Made by a program: the position numbers and the translations under genes. A DNA stretch of 64,000 bases, taken from Opitutales bacterium. Its GTDB lineage: Bacteria > Verrucomicrobiota > Verrucomicrobiia > Opitutales > PNEW01. The stretch covers positions 736,001-800,000 of the forward strand of contig CBDANS010000006.1 in the NCBI GenBank assembly GCA_965197745.1. The letters run 5' to 3'. Position 1 is the first letter of the stretch, and every line of letters starts with the position of its first letter. Shown here piece after piece: positions 28,453-38,978 of the stretch. The notes below the pieces were generated by a model, which was given only the letters and a program-made list of their open reading frames with translations, searched no databases and had not been told where the DNA came from.

Positions 28453-29298
28453 ATGAGTAGACTGACCGACGCACATATCGAGGAGCTCAAACGCGAGGGC
28501 TTCTTTATCGTCCCGGACTTTATCAGCGGCGACCAGCTCACAACCCTGCAAGCGGCACAGCGGCGAGCCCTGCCGACCTACGAGCAGGTCAAGGCCGACC
28601 CCCCGCAGGACCAGGCCGGCCATAGCCTGCTGAAGTGTTTTCCGTACGAGGAGATGGAGCTCTACCGGGCTACTATGGACGAGGAGAGCATCGCCTTCGC
28701 CCGCAAATGGCTCAAGACGGACGACATTCACATGCGGGTGGGCTGCCTGATCGCCCGCTATCCCGGCCACACCAGCGGCGGCACGGGTTTCGACGATTCG
28801 GGCTTGCATATCGACAATGGTAATAACTCGCTATTGCCCGTAAGCGAAGACCTGCGCGAATTCGGCCAGATCGGTTTCTGGGTTCACCTCGAGGACGTGG
28901 AGGAAGACCAGGCGCCGCTGCGGCTTATCCCCAAGCAGCACGGCAAGGACATGACAAAATGCGTCCCGCTCGTGTGCAAGAGTGGCACCCTGTGCGTTTT
29001 CAACAACTACAGCTTTCACAGCGCCAGCGCCTACAACGGCCAAGACGGACAGCGTTTCACCTGGGGTTATGGCTTCGGCCGCGCCGACCACTACTGGGAG
29101 GGCTTCAGGCACTATACCCACCTGGGCAAGGGCGCGGCCGTATTCCAGGAGTTTATCGGTGGCCTGACGGCAGCCCAGCGCCAGCTCTGGCGCTTCCCCC
29201 CGGCGGGACACCCTTACTATACGGAACAGACCCTGGCGCTATTGGAAGAACAATACCCGGGGTGGGACTCGGACGAATACCGCCGGGTGATGCCATAG
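28453..29298 (+). CDS. PhyH-family 2OG/Fe(II) dioxygenase (GC-rich)
   Basis: LKREGFFIVPDF, LHID, distal FHSAS; GGAG RBS. Confidence 0.82.
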   Translation: MSRLTDAHIEELKREGFFIVPDFISGDQLTTLQAAQRRALPTYEQVKADPPQDQAGHSLLKCFPYEEMELYRATMDEESIAFARKWLKTDDIHMRVGCLIARYPGHTSGGTGFDDSGLHIDNGNNSLLPVSEDLREFGQIGFWVHLEDVEEDQAPLRLIPKQHGKDMTKCVPLVCKSGTLCVFNNYSFHSASAYNGQDGQRFTWGYGFGRADHYWEGFRHYTHLGKGAAVFQEFIGGLTAAQRQLWRFPPAGHPYYTEQTLALLEEQYPGWDSDEYRRVMP

Positions 29299-29330
29299 CC
29301 ACCTGTGCCTTTGGCGATACACATCCTGTC

Positions 29331-30101
29331 ATGAATGAACACGAACGTTATCTCTTCGATTTACGCGGCTATATTGTTATCCCGAACGCATTGACCCCGG
29401 AACAGATCACCGATCTGAATGCGTTAATGGACGAACAGGTTGAAAAAGAATGTGACCCTGACGAAGACCTGCACCGCTTTGTCCACCTTTTGCATTGGGG
29501 ACAAGCATGTCGCACCCTGATCGACAATCCAGTAATTGTTCCGTATTTAGTCGAGCTGCTGGGCGAACAGTTTCGCCTCGACCATGATTACGCAGAGATA
29601 ATTAGAACAGGTTCAGGGAATCTCCCGAGAACGTTTCATAGCGGTGCCTATCCGTTCAACCCCGTTATGTATTATAACTATCATTCTGGGAGCATGTATA
29701 ATGGACTGACTGTCGTCGCTTATAATTTGAAAGATATAAATCCCGGTGACGGTGGATTTGGTTGTGTGCCCGGAAGCCATAAAAGCAATCTTTCGTTTCC
29801 GGAGGATTGGCGCGATATTAATAAAGCTCCTTCAATTATCGAAAAGATTACAGGCGAGGCAGGGACTGCGATCATTTTCACTGAAGCGCTTACTCATGGA
29901 ACATTACCCTGGCTCGGAAAAGGTGACCGTCGAACAATATTTTATAAATACAGTCCACACACACTTTCATGGGCAGCACAATACTATGATGCCGACGATT
30001 ATACCGATTTGACGGAACGGCAACGGGAGATCCTTGAAGCCCCCAATGCGCGCTACAAGGAGAGGAAAGAATTTTACCTGAACTACCCTAATAAAAAGTA
30101 A
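29331..30101 (+). CDS. PhyH-family dioxygenase (true start 29331)
   Basis: FDLRGYIVIPNAL, GGFGCVPGSHK, EALTHGT. Confidence 0.88.
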   Translation: MNEHERYLFDLRGYIVIPNALTPEQITDLNALMDEQVEKECDPDEDLHRFVHLLHWGQACRTLIDNPVIVPYLVELLGEQFRLDHDYAEIIRTGSGNLPRTFHSGAYPFNPVMYYNYHSGSMYNGLTVVAYNLKDINPGDGGFGCVPGSHKSNLSFPEDWRDINKAPSIIEKITGEAGTAIIFTEALTHGTLPWLGKGDRRTIFYKYSPHTLSWAAQYYDADDYTDLTERQREILEAPNARYKERKEFYLNYPNKK

Positions 30102-30175
30102 TAAGTTATCGGCTGAAGGAACCTTCAGGGATACTTATTGGTTTGGCGATGATGGTTACTTTAATATTGCGCCGC

Positions 30176-31015
30176 TCACTTCCAACACTCTTCGGTGTAA
30201 GGCTCGCGCAAGAAAAGCTTTTTCCGCTCAGGACTTACGCTTTCTAACCATTCGGGAGGGACCGCCTGGGTGTGGCGGTGTGGCGGCCCCACCTCTTTGA
30301 AAATATAGTTAACAAATATACGGTATTCCTGTAGCGAATCTAACGGTTTTGCTTCGGCCGCGTGAATCGTTCTGGCGTTCAGGCAAACCATGCTTCCAGG
30401 GGGAAGTTCCAGGTGTTTCAGCTTCGAATCACCTCGGATCTTCTCGTTAAACTCCTCAAAATTACCATCCAGCAATACTTTCAGATAGGGGTCGGTCGTT
30501 GGCGTGTTCAAATGGCTTCCCGGAACTACTGAGAGACTGGTATCTCCTAATATAAAACCATTGGGATAGTAGAGCATCTGTACGTACCACTTATCCCTTT
30601 CTGCAAGGTTAACTGGATTATTGTGGAACCAATGATGATGATCCATATGAGCGCGAAGCGCTCCGCTACCGCGCATCTTTAAATGCATTGTTGAATGGCA
30701 AAAGTGATAATCATCGCCAATTATCGAACGCAACAAAGCAGTCACCAACGGCGCATCGAATAATTGATCTGACCATGGCCCCTTATTATCCCATGGCCTG
30801 ACATCCATTCGCAGTTCATTGGGGTCCTCATTATTTTTTTTAAAAAATTCAACGACCTGTTCACGACTGAGAATCTCATCCATAAAACCCTTAATGCCCT
30901 CATCCGTAAACACACCGGGGTATGCGACATACCCATCCCGATGAAATGTGGCGAGGTCATCGGCCGATGGCGCATCAATCTTAAAAATAGGTTTTATTTC
31001 ACTTAATACTTTCAT
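30176..31015 (-). CDS. PhyH-family dioxygenase
   Basis: FHRDGYV, HMD, VVPGSH, TIHAA. Confidence 0.85.
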   Translation of the reverse strand: MKVLSEIKPIFKIDAPSADDLATFHRDGYVAYPGVFTDEGIKGFMDEILSREQVVEFFKKNNEDPNELRMDVRPWDNKGPWSDQLFDAPLVTALLRSIIGDDYHFCHSTMHLKMRGSGALRAHMDHHHWFHNNPVNLAERDKWYVQMLYYPNGFILGDTSLSVVPGSHLNTPTTDPYLKVLLDGNFEEFNEKIRGDSKLKHLELPPGSMVCLNARTIHAAEAKPLDSLQEYRIFVNYIFKEVGPPHRHTQAVPPEWLESVSPERKKLFLREPYTEECWK

Positions 31016-31186
31016 CGGCTAAACTTAATATGACTATTCGCTTTATCTGCAATAATCTAAAGTAAGAAATTATCAGCTATAAATTCTAGTAGTGTTCACC
31101 CTGCATTTAATATTGCCCGTAACCCTATCCGCAATCGGATACCGAGAGCAAAGCTCGACATCTTTCCATCGAAAATCGAAAATTCC

Positions 31187-32188
31187 CTACCCAACCTTGG
31201 GATGAACGTCGGTGGTCGAAAGTTCGGTTACCACATTGAAGAGGGGTAAGCCGTCACGGTAATTGTTCAGGTTTTTGATAATGATCTCACCCATCCGTGC
31301 TCCAAAGTTCTTAGCAAAACCGGCGATATGGGGGGTGGTGATGACATTTTCAAGATCCCATATCGGATTTTCCGGCGGTAATGGTTCTTCACGAAAGACG
31401 TCTAAGCCCGCGCCCGCGAGGTGACCGCTTTTCAAGGCATCAATTAAATCCGGTTCGTTTACACAAGTACCTCGCGCCGCATTGTAGAGATAGGAGCCCG
31501 GTTTCATGGCATTGAGGAATTGTTTATCGACAAGGCCATCGGTATCCGGCCCACCGACAGTGGCGATAACGACATGGTCCGCTTCACCGAGGGCGGTGTG
31601 AAGCTCATCCGTGGTATACAGCTTTTCGACGCAATCAGGCTTTTTTACCCCTTCCAGATCGACACCGATGACGTGCATTTGAATACCCGCACACAGCTGC
31701 GCAATCACGGTCCCTGAATTGCCAACACCGACGACACAAACAGTTGAACCATTCAGTTCGCCATAGCAATTATGCTCGCTGTCCCAGACCGGGTTGATGA
31801 ACTGTCGATTCTGTTTTTCCAGGGTATGCTGCGGTATTCTACGACTGAATCCGAGCATCATGGCCAGGGTGTTTTCAGCGATACCGATAGAAAAGACACC
31901 CTTAGCGTTACAAAGGGTAAAGTTGGGATGTGACTCTATTCCGTACCCGATGTAGGGATCAAATCCCGCGCTGCCGATTTGCAAAACGTGCAGCGGCGTG
32001 CCTTCCAACCAATCTGCTTTAGGATAGCCAATGACAAATTCCGCGCGCTCGAGGTGCGGGCGATATTCTGCTTCCGGGGTTTTTTGATCTATAATTGTCA
32101 ACTCAGCCCAGCCGGAGACTGTATCTTTTATCTGGTTTACCTGCTCTTCGTTTTGATAGGCAAATGCGTAGAGAATATTGGTGGCCAT
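31187..32188 (-). CDS. D-2-hydroxyacid dehydrogenase
   Basis: VGVGNSG, NAARG, GAGLDVFREEPL, TPHIAG. Confidence 0.93.
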   Translation of the reverse strand: MATNILYAFAYQNEEQVNQIKDTVSGWAELTIIDQKTPEAEYRPHLERAEFVIGYPKADWLEGTPLHVLQIGSAGFDPYIGYGIESHPNFTLCNAKGVFSIGIAENTLAMMLGFSRRIPQHTLEKQNRQFINPVWDSEHNCYGELNGSTVCVVGVGNSGTVIAQLCAGIQMHVIGVDLEGVKKPDCVEKLYTTDELHTALGEADHVVIATVGGPDTDGLVDKQFLNAMKPGSYLYNAARGTCVNEPDLIDALKSGHLAGAGLDVFREEPLPPENPIWDLENVITTPHIAGFAKNFGARMGEIIIKNLNNYRDGLPLFNVVTELSTTDVHPKVG

Positions 32189-32249
32189 GGATAGCTAAAA
32201 ATTTAAGTAAAATTTATCTAAAATTGAAAGGTAACTTAAATAGACTGCT

Positions 32250-33056
32250 CTAGGAAGCAGGTTCATCAATCACCGGATTGGTAAGGGTGCCGATTTTTTC
32301 AATTTCGATGGACACAGAATCCCCAGCTTTAAGCCAGAGTGGAGGTTTCCTCGCCATTCCAACTCCATGCGGTGTGCCGGTAAGAATAACCGTTCCGGGA
32401 AGCAGGGTGGTACTTCCGCTGAGAAACTCGATAAGCGCGGGAACATCAAAAATCATATCCTCGGTATTCCAATCCTGAACCGTTTCTCCATTGAGAATGG
32501 TTTTTATCTTGAGTGTATTGGGGTTGGTAATTTCGTCGGTTGTAACGAGGCAGGGACCCAGTGGAGCAAAGGTGTCAAAAGTTTTTCCCCGGCACCATTG
32601 TCCGCCCCCCGCTTTCAACTGCCAGTCCCGAGCACTGACATCATTCCCGCAGGCATAGCCCAGGACGTAGTCGAGGGCCTTATCGCGTGACACATTTTTG
32701 CATGTTTTGCCAATGACAACGGCCAGCTCACACTCGTAATCTACTTCATTACTTTTAAGCTTAGTGGGAAGCTCGATCGGCTCGCCGGGATTGAGAAGGG
32801 CATTCGCTCCCTTTACAAAAAGAACCGGGTGATCGGGCACCTTTGCGCCCCCTTCTTCGGCGTGCTTACGGTAGTTCAATCCAATGCAAAGGAATATCCT
32901 GGGTTTGATCGGAGCCAATTGTTTTACGATATCAACTTTATCATCGCTAACCATATGCTCACCATAGATGTCGCCACTTATCTCATAGTAGGCGCCATCC
33001 TTTTGCACGGCATGGCCGATTATTCCATTTACGTCTTCATATCGGATGATTTTCAT
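32250..33056 (-). CDS. Fumarylacetoacetate hydrolase family protein
   Basis: CIGLNYRKH, DYECEL, NDVSARD, GKTFDTF, TGTPHGVG. Confidence 0.95.
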   Translation of the reverse strand: MKIIRYEDVNGIIGHAVQKDGAYYEISGDIYGEHMVSDDKVDIVKQLAPIKPRIFLCIGLNYRKHAEEGGAKVPDHPVLFVKGANALLNPGEPIELPTKLKSNEVDYECELAVVIGKTCKNVSRDKALDYVLGYACGNDVSARDWQLKAGGGQWCRGKTFDTFAPLGPCLVTTDEITNPNTLKIKTILNGETVQDWNTEDMIFDVPALIEFLSGSTTLLPGTVILTGTPHGVGMARKPPLWLKAGDSVSIEIEKIGTLTNPVIDEPAS

Positions 33057-33295
33057 ATCTTTAAAGATTCAAAAAGCTGATTGATCGTGAAAATATTAAC
33101 CTGATACACCCTATTTCAGAGGATAAAGGCGACATCCAAAAGAGTGTGAATGATTCCCGCAAGTATAAATATGCATTTTCTGGCTTGTTGATAATTTATG
33201 GTGGAGCGTTCCACCTTAAAGATATAAACGTGAGGACATAATTATTTCACGTTATTTAACTTAGACATTCTATAGATTAAGATGATAATTCCGCC

Positions 33296-34189
33296 ATGGC
33301 ACCGACTATTGATGCGCATATTTATATGTATCCTCCCGAGGTATTTAAAAATCCACGTCTTTGGGCAGAGGAGATGGGTGAACCTCACTGGGCGGACTGC
33401 GTGGATCCAAGTGGGAAAAAATCCCTGCAGGGCTGGGTCGATATCGATCAACTCCTGCGCGATATGGATAGTGCCGGCATCGATAAGGTCGTCATGCTCG
33501 GCTGGTACTGGCAGAAAGAGGAAACCTGTGAAGAGCAGAACCGTTGGTATCTCGAGTGGATAAAAAAACATCCCGACCGATTGATAGGTTTCGCCACCAT
33601 TCATCCCCTTGCAGGGGACCGCGCCCTGGACGAAATTCGAAATTGCGTCGAACAAGGCCTCGTCGGGTTGGGTGAATTTCATCCCCAGGCACAGGGTTTT
33701 GACTTGCGGCATCCCGACTGGTTAAAAGTGGTTGAGCTATCGATTGAACTGAATCTACCGGTCAACATTCACGTCACGGAGCCAGTGGGACACGCTTATA
33801 CTGGTCGTGTTGAGACACCGCTCGCCGATTACCCCTGGCTGGCGAAAAACTATCCCGAAGCACGGTTCATTTTCGCTCACTGGGGTGGTCTCTTACCCTT
33901 CTTCGAGTTAAATGCAAAAATAAGGAGAGTAATGAAAAATGTTTATTACGATTGCGCCGCCTCACCTTTATTGTACAACCCCGGGATTTACCGCGCCGTC
34001 GTCGATGTTGTCGGCCCTGAAAAAATTATCTGGGCGACCGATTACCCCCTCCTCATTTATCCCGGCAAAGATGATAAACCATCATTTGAAAGAGCCCTCC
34101 ATGAGATCCGATCATCCGGTTTGCGTGACGAGGAACTGGAATTGATCCTCGGAGGAAATATATCACGACTATTAAATGTTCACCGCTGA
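33296..34189 (+). CDS. Amidohydrolase_2 family metallohydrolase
   Basis: IDAHIY, GLGEFH, AHWGG, YYDCAA, WATDYP. Confidence 0.9.
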   Translation: MAPTIDAHIYMYPPEVFKNPRLWAEEMGEPHWADCVDPSGKKSLQGWVDIDQLLRDMDSAGIDKVVMLGWYWQKEETCEEQNRWYLEWIKKHPDRLIGFATIHPLAGDRALDEIRNCVEQGLVGLGEFHPQAQGFDLRHPDWLKVVELSIELNLPVNIHVTEPVGHAYTGRVETPLADYPWLAKNYPEARFIFAHWGGLLPFFELNAKIRRVMKNVYYDCAASPLLYNPGIYRAVVDVVGPEKIIWATDYPLLIYPGKDDKPSFERALHEIRSSGLRDEELELILGGNISRLLNVHR

Positions 34190-34380
34190 GGCGCTGAGAT
34201 TTTAATTTAGGGTTTTCTTTTCTCGTTTTTATAACTTTTTCTCTGCGCTCTCCAAGTCTTTGCGGTGAATAATTAACGATAACGGGCGAGGTGCCGAGAT
34301 CACTGAGAATTAAATTATAAACAATACTAAAATCAAAATTCTAAAAATATACTCCGCGTTCTCCGCGTCTCTGCGGTGAT
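34180..34380. repeat. Palindromic repeat cluster (CACCGCTGAG...CTCTGCGGTG type), copy 1
   Basis: Motifs caccgctgaggcgctgaga and ctccgcgtctctgcggtga; similar unit at 35001-35190. Confidence 0.7.
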
Positions 34381-34400
34381 AAAAAATATTATACGCTTAA

Positions 34401-34922
34401 CTACGAATCATCACGGGCGAGTTCGATTTCGACGTGAGGATTCCCCCGCAAAAATATTCTTTTGGTTAAAGAAATATCAGTGATTGTTATACGAACTTCG
34501 AGGTAACTCGGATCATGGGCTTTAAAAAAATACTCATTCTCATCCACCTCGACAAGCTCAAGCAACAGAGGGTCAGTGTTTCCAGCAAAGGTGGATAAAA
34601 AGCAGAGTTTGAGCTTTTCCGCTCCTGGAAGAAAAGTCCAATGGTGCACGGAAGCAATAAGGTCTGCGCTCCCCTTAACCATGCCTTCAGGTGTCTGTCG
34701 GTAAATGATGTCATATGTCACCGGGCCAATGGGCGTACGGATAGCTTTCCCCTGCCATGTGCCTTTTATCTTTTTAATAAATTCATCGTGAACACTTGTC
34801 TCAGGCGCAGTATAATTTCCAAGCATACAGCGATCGGCGGCAATCATACACTTCGCGCCCACTGCGAGGATGGACATCACCAGCAATATCAGAGCGTCAG
34901 AAGTTAATTTATTTAAACCCAT
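34401..34922 (-). CDS. Hypothetical exported protein
   Basis: 173-aa ORF with hydrophobic N-terminus; no recognised family. Confidence 0.6.
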   Translation of the reverse strand: MGLNKLTSDALILLVMSILAVGAKCMIAADRCMLGNYTAPETSVHDEFIKKIKGTWQGKAIRTPIGPVTYDIIYRQTPEGMVKGSADLIASVHHWTFLPGAEKLKLCFLSTFAGNTDPLLLELVEVDENEYFFKAHDPSYLEVRITITDISLTKRIFLRGNPHVEIELARDDS

Positions 34923-35000
34923 TTTAAAGCGCTTGATAATTTATTGTGCAATCGCCACGAATAGGGCGACATCTAATTGCGGATTGTTATTAGGTATACT

Positions 35001-35190
35001 AACCGCTGAGACGCTGAGGACGCAGAGTTTTAATTTAGAGTTTTATTTTCTCGTTTATATAGCTTTTTTCTGTGTTCTCTCTGTCTCTACGTTAAAAAAA
35101 CTAACAGCAGAGGTGCAATGGTAGCTGAGTTTTATATTTTAATGTTATTTTCTGCTCTTCATCTCTGCGACCTCCGCGGCTCCGCGGTGA
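35001..35190. repeat. Palindromic repeat cluster, copy 2
   Basis: aaccgctgagacgctgaggacgcagag...ctccgcggctccgcggtga; shares spacer TTTTAATTTAGxGTTTTxTTTCTCGTTT with copy 1. Confidence 0.7.
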
Positions 35191-35272
35191 TTAAACCACG
35201 GTAAAAACCAGAACTGTAGTTTGGAAATTATTTCTTGACGTTGCTAATATATTGGAAATTATTTCCAATTCT

Positions 35273-36106
35273 ATGCAAGTTGAAGAAACCAGTGGCTCCC
35301 TGCTGAGGATAAAGGCCTTGTATCCCCAATTTACGGGAAAGGAAAAGCTGGTTGCCGACCATGTCCTGACCCATGACGACATCATTCATCAGACAATCAC
35401 GCAGTTGGTTAATGAGAGTGGGGCCAGCTATGGTAGTGTCGATCGGTTTTGCAAAAAGATGGGCTATTCAGGGTTTCAGGACTTTAAAATCCATTTAGCG
35501 GAGGCCCTGGCATTACGAAAAGCGGATCGTCAGAGTGATAAGTCAGGAAACATTTTAGGTAAGACCGCAGCTCGGGCCATTGAAGATATAAAAAACACTT
35601 TGCAATTATCATCGGAAGCGAGAATCGAGGAAGCGGCGCAAGCGTTATCGCAAGCCCGTTATGTGATGATTGCTGGTTTAAGCAGTTCAGCCGGCACGGC
35701 CAGGGGGATTGAATACCGCTTGAATCGCTATGGCATTCGGTCGACTTGTATTATCGATAATCACATTCAACGCCATCAGGCAGCTACCCTGGGCGAAGGA
35801 GATGTGGTCCTTTTACTTTCGTTTTCAGGAAGCACGAAAGAAATACTGGCGACGGGTAACATCGCGAAAAAGTCAAAGGCGACAATTATCAGTCTCACCA
35901 ATTATATCGAATCTCCTGTTTCCGAAATAGCCGCCATCTCTCTTGTCACGGGGATCGAGAGTGATCCTCTGGAAGCAGAAATTCCTTCGAAGGTCGCGGT
36001 TGAATTCGTGATCACCCTGCTTTTCGACAAAATAGCGAGCCTGATGAAGAACTCACGTCAATTCCTAACCAAGACCTTCGAAGCAACCGCGGACAGACAA
36101 TTATAG
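35273..36106 (+). CDS. MurR/RpiR family transcriptional regulator
   Basis: HTH RFCKKMGYSGFQDFK; SIS domain SFSGSTKE; ATG at 35273. Confidence 0.92.
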   Translation: MQVEETSGSLLRIKALYPQFTGKEKLVADHVLTHDDIIHQTITQLVNESGASYGSVDRFCKKMGYSGFQDFKIHLAEALALRKADRQSDKSGNILGKTAARAIEDIKNTLQLSSEARIEEAAQALSQARYVMIAGLSSSAGTARGIEYRLNRYGIRSTCIIDNHIQRHQAATLGEGDVVLLLSFSGSTKEILATGNIAKKSKATIISLTNYIESPVSEIAAISLVTGIESDPLEAEIPSKVAVEFVITLLFDKIASLMKNSRQFLTKTFEATADRQL

Positions 36107-36152
36107 AAGCACCCAAATTAAGGGAATTATATACATAAGTAACCAGTGCAGC

Positions 36153-36305
36153 CTAATTTTTTGACCGCTTATTATTATATTTCCATTCATTGGGTTTTTT
36201 AGGCGACGTATTGAAAACAGCTTTAATAATGTTCTTCGGTGTATCTTGTATTTTATCAGGCATCTCCAATTTATTGTATTTTTTTGGAACTTTTTTCTTA
36301 GTCAT
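36153..36305 (-). CDS. 50-aa basic protein at the element end (below ORF-track cutoff)
   Basis: Intact ORF MTKKKVPKKYNKLEMPDKIQDTPKNIIKAVFNTSPKKPNEWKYNNKRSKN*. Confidence 0.55.
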   Translation of the reverse strand: MTKKKVPKKYNKLEMPDKIQDTPKNIIKAVFNTSPKKPNEWKYNNKRSKN

Positions 36306-36340
36306 TGGTTGTTTTTAGTGGTTGACTTGGTTACTATTTT

Positions 36341-36852
36341 ATGAAATTTAAATAACCGCCTGAAAAGTAACAGGCACATATTCGTTTTCCCCTTTGCGGT
36401 CGCATCATTATTACTGTCAGCGTGCATCAGAATACCATTTTGATACACAACGAACATTCGACGCATCGTCGGATATCGTATGCTCGGCTTTAATGAAGTT
36501 TTTCACAGAAAATAGCATTCAAATTAAGACTATTGAGAAGGATAGTGGAGTAATATATGCGGAGCATATATATAGTAATAGTCAGGGAATGGCATTCAAT
36601 AAATGGGCTGATTGTGGATACTCTTATTGGGAAACTCCTATTTCAAGCAATCTATCATTAAATGTGTTTGTTCGTAATGATCTTCAAACGGAGAAAACTG
36701 TCGTCAGCGTTAATGTGATTTTTACTCAGAAACGATTCAATAATTATTGGGAAAATTATAAAACAGTGCCCTGTAATTCTACGGGTATACTGGAGCATAC
36801 TATTATGGATCATATTTATAAATACATGGAAACTTATGAACGATCAAAATAA
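36341..36852 (+). pseudogene. Passenger lipoprotein-like gene with frameshifted N-terminus
   Basis: Body IKTIEKDSGVI...WADCG...CNSTGILE; lipobox-type FAVASLLLSAC lies in an adjacent frame at ~36380-36425. Confidence 0.55.
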
Positions 36853-37381
36853 AAATGAGAAGAAAACCAGATCAATAGATGATATTAGAAAAGCATTAAA
36901 AATTGAAAATTACTCGTTTGATCTTCTAGAAATATCCTTTCAAAAAATTTCTGATAATTCGGATTATCATATTATAAGGATTAAAGCAAGATGGGCAGAA
37001 TCTGATCTTGATCCTGGAGAACTCTCTTACATATGTCATCGTAATATACTACATCAAGCATGGGAATTTTTAACAGCACTTCTTAAGAACGAAAAGGCTT
37101 CAAACAATTCTCCTTATTGCGAAAATGATTTTTGTATCTTTGAAACCAAAAAAGTAACTGGCGTGCGAAATTTATTTCCGTGTGCAAATCAGAAAGGGTC
37201 TCCTTACCCAAAAATATCCTGCTACCGACATCCGGACAAAAGTTCTTTTTACGTTTTGCTGATTGATTTATTACCGTTTTCATCATCTCACTCTGAATCG
37301 GTACCCCACACTTTCCAAATTTCGCCTGCGATGCTTGATCAAGTTCATGAACTGCTATCACAGCATCTTCAATTAAAGTAA
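36836..37381 (+). CDS. Passenger hypothetical protein, paralog of 38463-38978
   Basis: SFDLLEISF/SFYLNEISF, ISCYRHPDKSSF/IKCFQYDDGKSSF, LSQHLQL/LSIHLHL. Confidence 0.65.
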   Translation: MNDQNKNEKKTRSIDDIRKALKIENYSFDLLEISFQKISDNSDYHIIRIKARWAESDLDPGELSYICHRNILHQAWEFLTALLKNEKASNNSPYCENDFCIFETKKVTGVRNLFPCANQKGSPYPKISCYRHPDKSSFYVLLIDLLPFSSSHSESVPHTFQISPAMLDQVHELLSQHLQLK

Positions 37382-37454
37382 AAAATTCAGGTTCTTGATC
37401 GGGCAGATCAGATTGTGGAGATTCTTGAGAAGAAATCTCTTTAATTTTAGTCAT
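37083..37454 (-). CDS. Candidate antisense-overlapping gene coupled to the transposase stop
   Basis: ATGA overlap with the transposase stop; similar to antisense ORF 38749-39030. Confidence 0.4.
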   Translation of the reverse strand: MTKIKEISSQESPQSDLPDQEPEFFTLIEDAVIAVHELDQASQAKFGKCGVPIQSEMMKTVINQSAKRKKNFCPDVGSRIFLGKETLSDLHTEINFARQLLFWFQRYKNHFRNKENCLKPFRS

Positions 37455-38373
37455 TTTATTAATTCCTTATAAGTCAGCGTTTTGTTGCACATACCCCTGA
37501 CCATCGCTGACATCTGATCAATTGTATCAAACGACCTGTTATTATGGCGGCCTGAAAATTCTTGCACGTAGCGGTTTAGATGCTTAGGACTCATACGGTG
37601 ATAGGATGCCGAAGAATCCACGCTTGAGCATAGACCAGAATGATTCGATGCCATTGGTGTAAGCCTGTCCCCTGACATATTCACCTAAACTGTTTAACTG
37701 CTTCTGTATTCAATCCTTCATAAGCCCTGTTATCGTCAGAATAGATTTTTACTTTTCCATCAACTTTATCTAAAACAAATTTTTGCAGAGTTTCTTTATC
37801 AGTTGAATGTACCACAGCCGCAGTTACTTGTTTGGATGGCCTATCCTTAATTCCAACAACGGCGGATTTACCTACTACGCCACGTCCTGCATGTTGTTTT
37901 TTGTCTGAATGCTTATTTTTCTCAAGTCCTCCGAAAAATGTCTCATCAATTTCAACTGGACCAGCAAATTCCCTTTCTTGATTTTCCCAAGATTCACGTA
38001 GCCTGTGTGCCAAATGCCAAGCTGTTTTCTGTGTAATATCAAGGTCTCTATGCAACTTCATGCTAGATGTTCCTTTAATGCTTGTAGACATAATATATGA
38101 AGCCAATACCCATACTTGATAGCTCAATTTTGAGGACTGCATGCAAGTTCCTGTTCTAACGGAAAAAAACTTCCTGCATTTGCGGCAACGAAATGACATT
38201 GTCGGATGCTTCACATTCTTTTGAACGTGTTCGCTGTGGCAATGTGGGCAACTTACCTTTTTACCCCATCGTTCTTTAATAAGCCATTCCTTCGCTTTCT
38301 TATCGTCAGGGAACAGCTTCATAACTTTGATTAAGGACAATCCCTTTCTATAGTATTTTCCAGGTGCTTTCAT
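37451..38373 (-). pseudogene. IS1595-family DDE transposase with two frameshifts
   Basis: Zn ribbon CPHC/CRKC, VEIDETFFGG, YSDD; TNGIESFWSMLKRG and YHRMSPKHLNRYVQEF lie in different frames (~37690, ~37610). Confidence 0.9.
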
Positions 38374-38462
38374 ATTAATATGTTATTGCATATTAAGTAA
38401 TTAGTCAAGACAATTGGTTACTTTTTTTCACTTTTTTATAACAATAAACGAAAGGATAGACC

Positions 38463-38978
38463 ATGGATAATGACGAATCAAAAAATGAAATCAAACTACC
38501 AGAAAACATCTTAAATCTAATAGGTGATGACACATTCTCTTTTTATCTGAACGAAATATCCTTTAAACAACATGATGAATTTCCCAATTTGCACATTCTA
38601 AACATCAAAACAAAACCCATAAGGACTAATGTTGATATTCCAAACCATTGTTACGTAGTTGATCTTAAAAGACTTTATCAATTTTGGCTGGAGATAACCG
38701 ATCGTCTTTATAAACAGGATTCAAAGCATGCTCTCTACGCTGACGTAATCAAAACAATAAGTGATGCACGAAGTTTACCGCTAGCACCAAACGTTGGCCT
38801 TTGTCCTGCCCATGAAATAAAGTGCTTTCAATATGATGATGGGAAATCCTCGTTCCTCCTTGTGTTAACACTTGGAGCATTTGGTCCCATGAAGGAGAAA
38901 CATCTTTTCCGAACATCAAAGCTTCAGCTTCCTGAAGTTTGGAAATCGCTATCAATACATCTTCACTTAAACGTATAA
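38463..38978 (+). CDS. Passenger hypothetical protein, paralog of 36836-37381
   Basis: AAAGGA RBS; sequence similarity to the 36836 ORF. Confidence 0.7.
   Translation: MDNDESKNEIKLPENILNLIGDDTFSFYLNEISFKQHDEFPNLHILNIKTKPIRTNVDIPNHCYVVDLKRLYQFWLEITDRLYKQDSKHALYADVIKTISDARSLPLAPNVGLCPAHEIKCFQYDDGKSSFLLVLTLGAFGPMKEKHLFRTSKLQLPEVWKSLSIHLHLNV

Noticed and set aside
28221..28460. 79-aa ORF as a real gene
   Set aside because: Only the first ~26 codons are a PhyH duplicate; the rest is read-through into unrelated DNA
28959..29330. N-terminal extension of the 380-aa track ORF
   Set aside because: Overlaps the 28453 gene out of frame; the PhyH N-terminus starts at ATG 29331, supported by the duplicate at 28221
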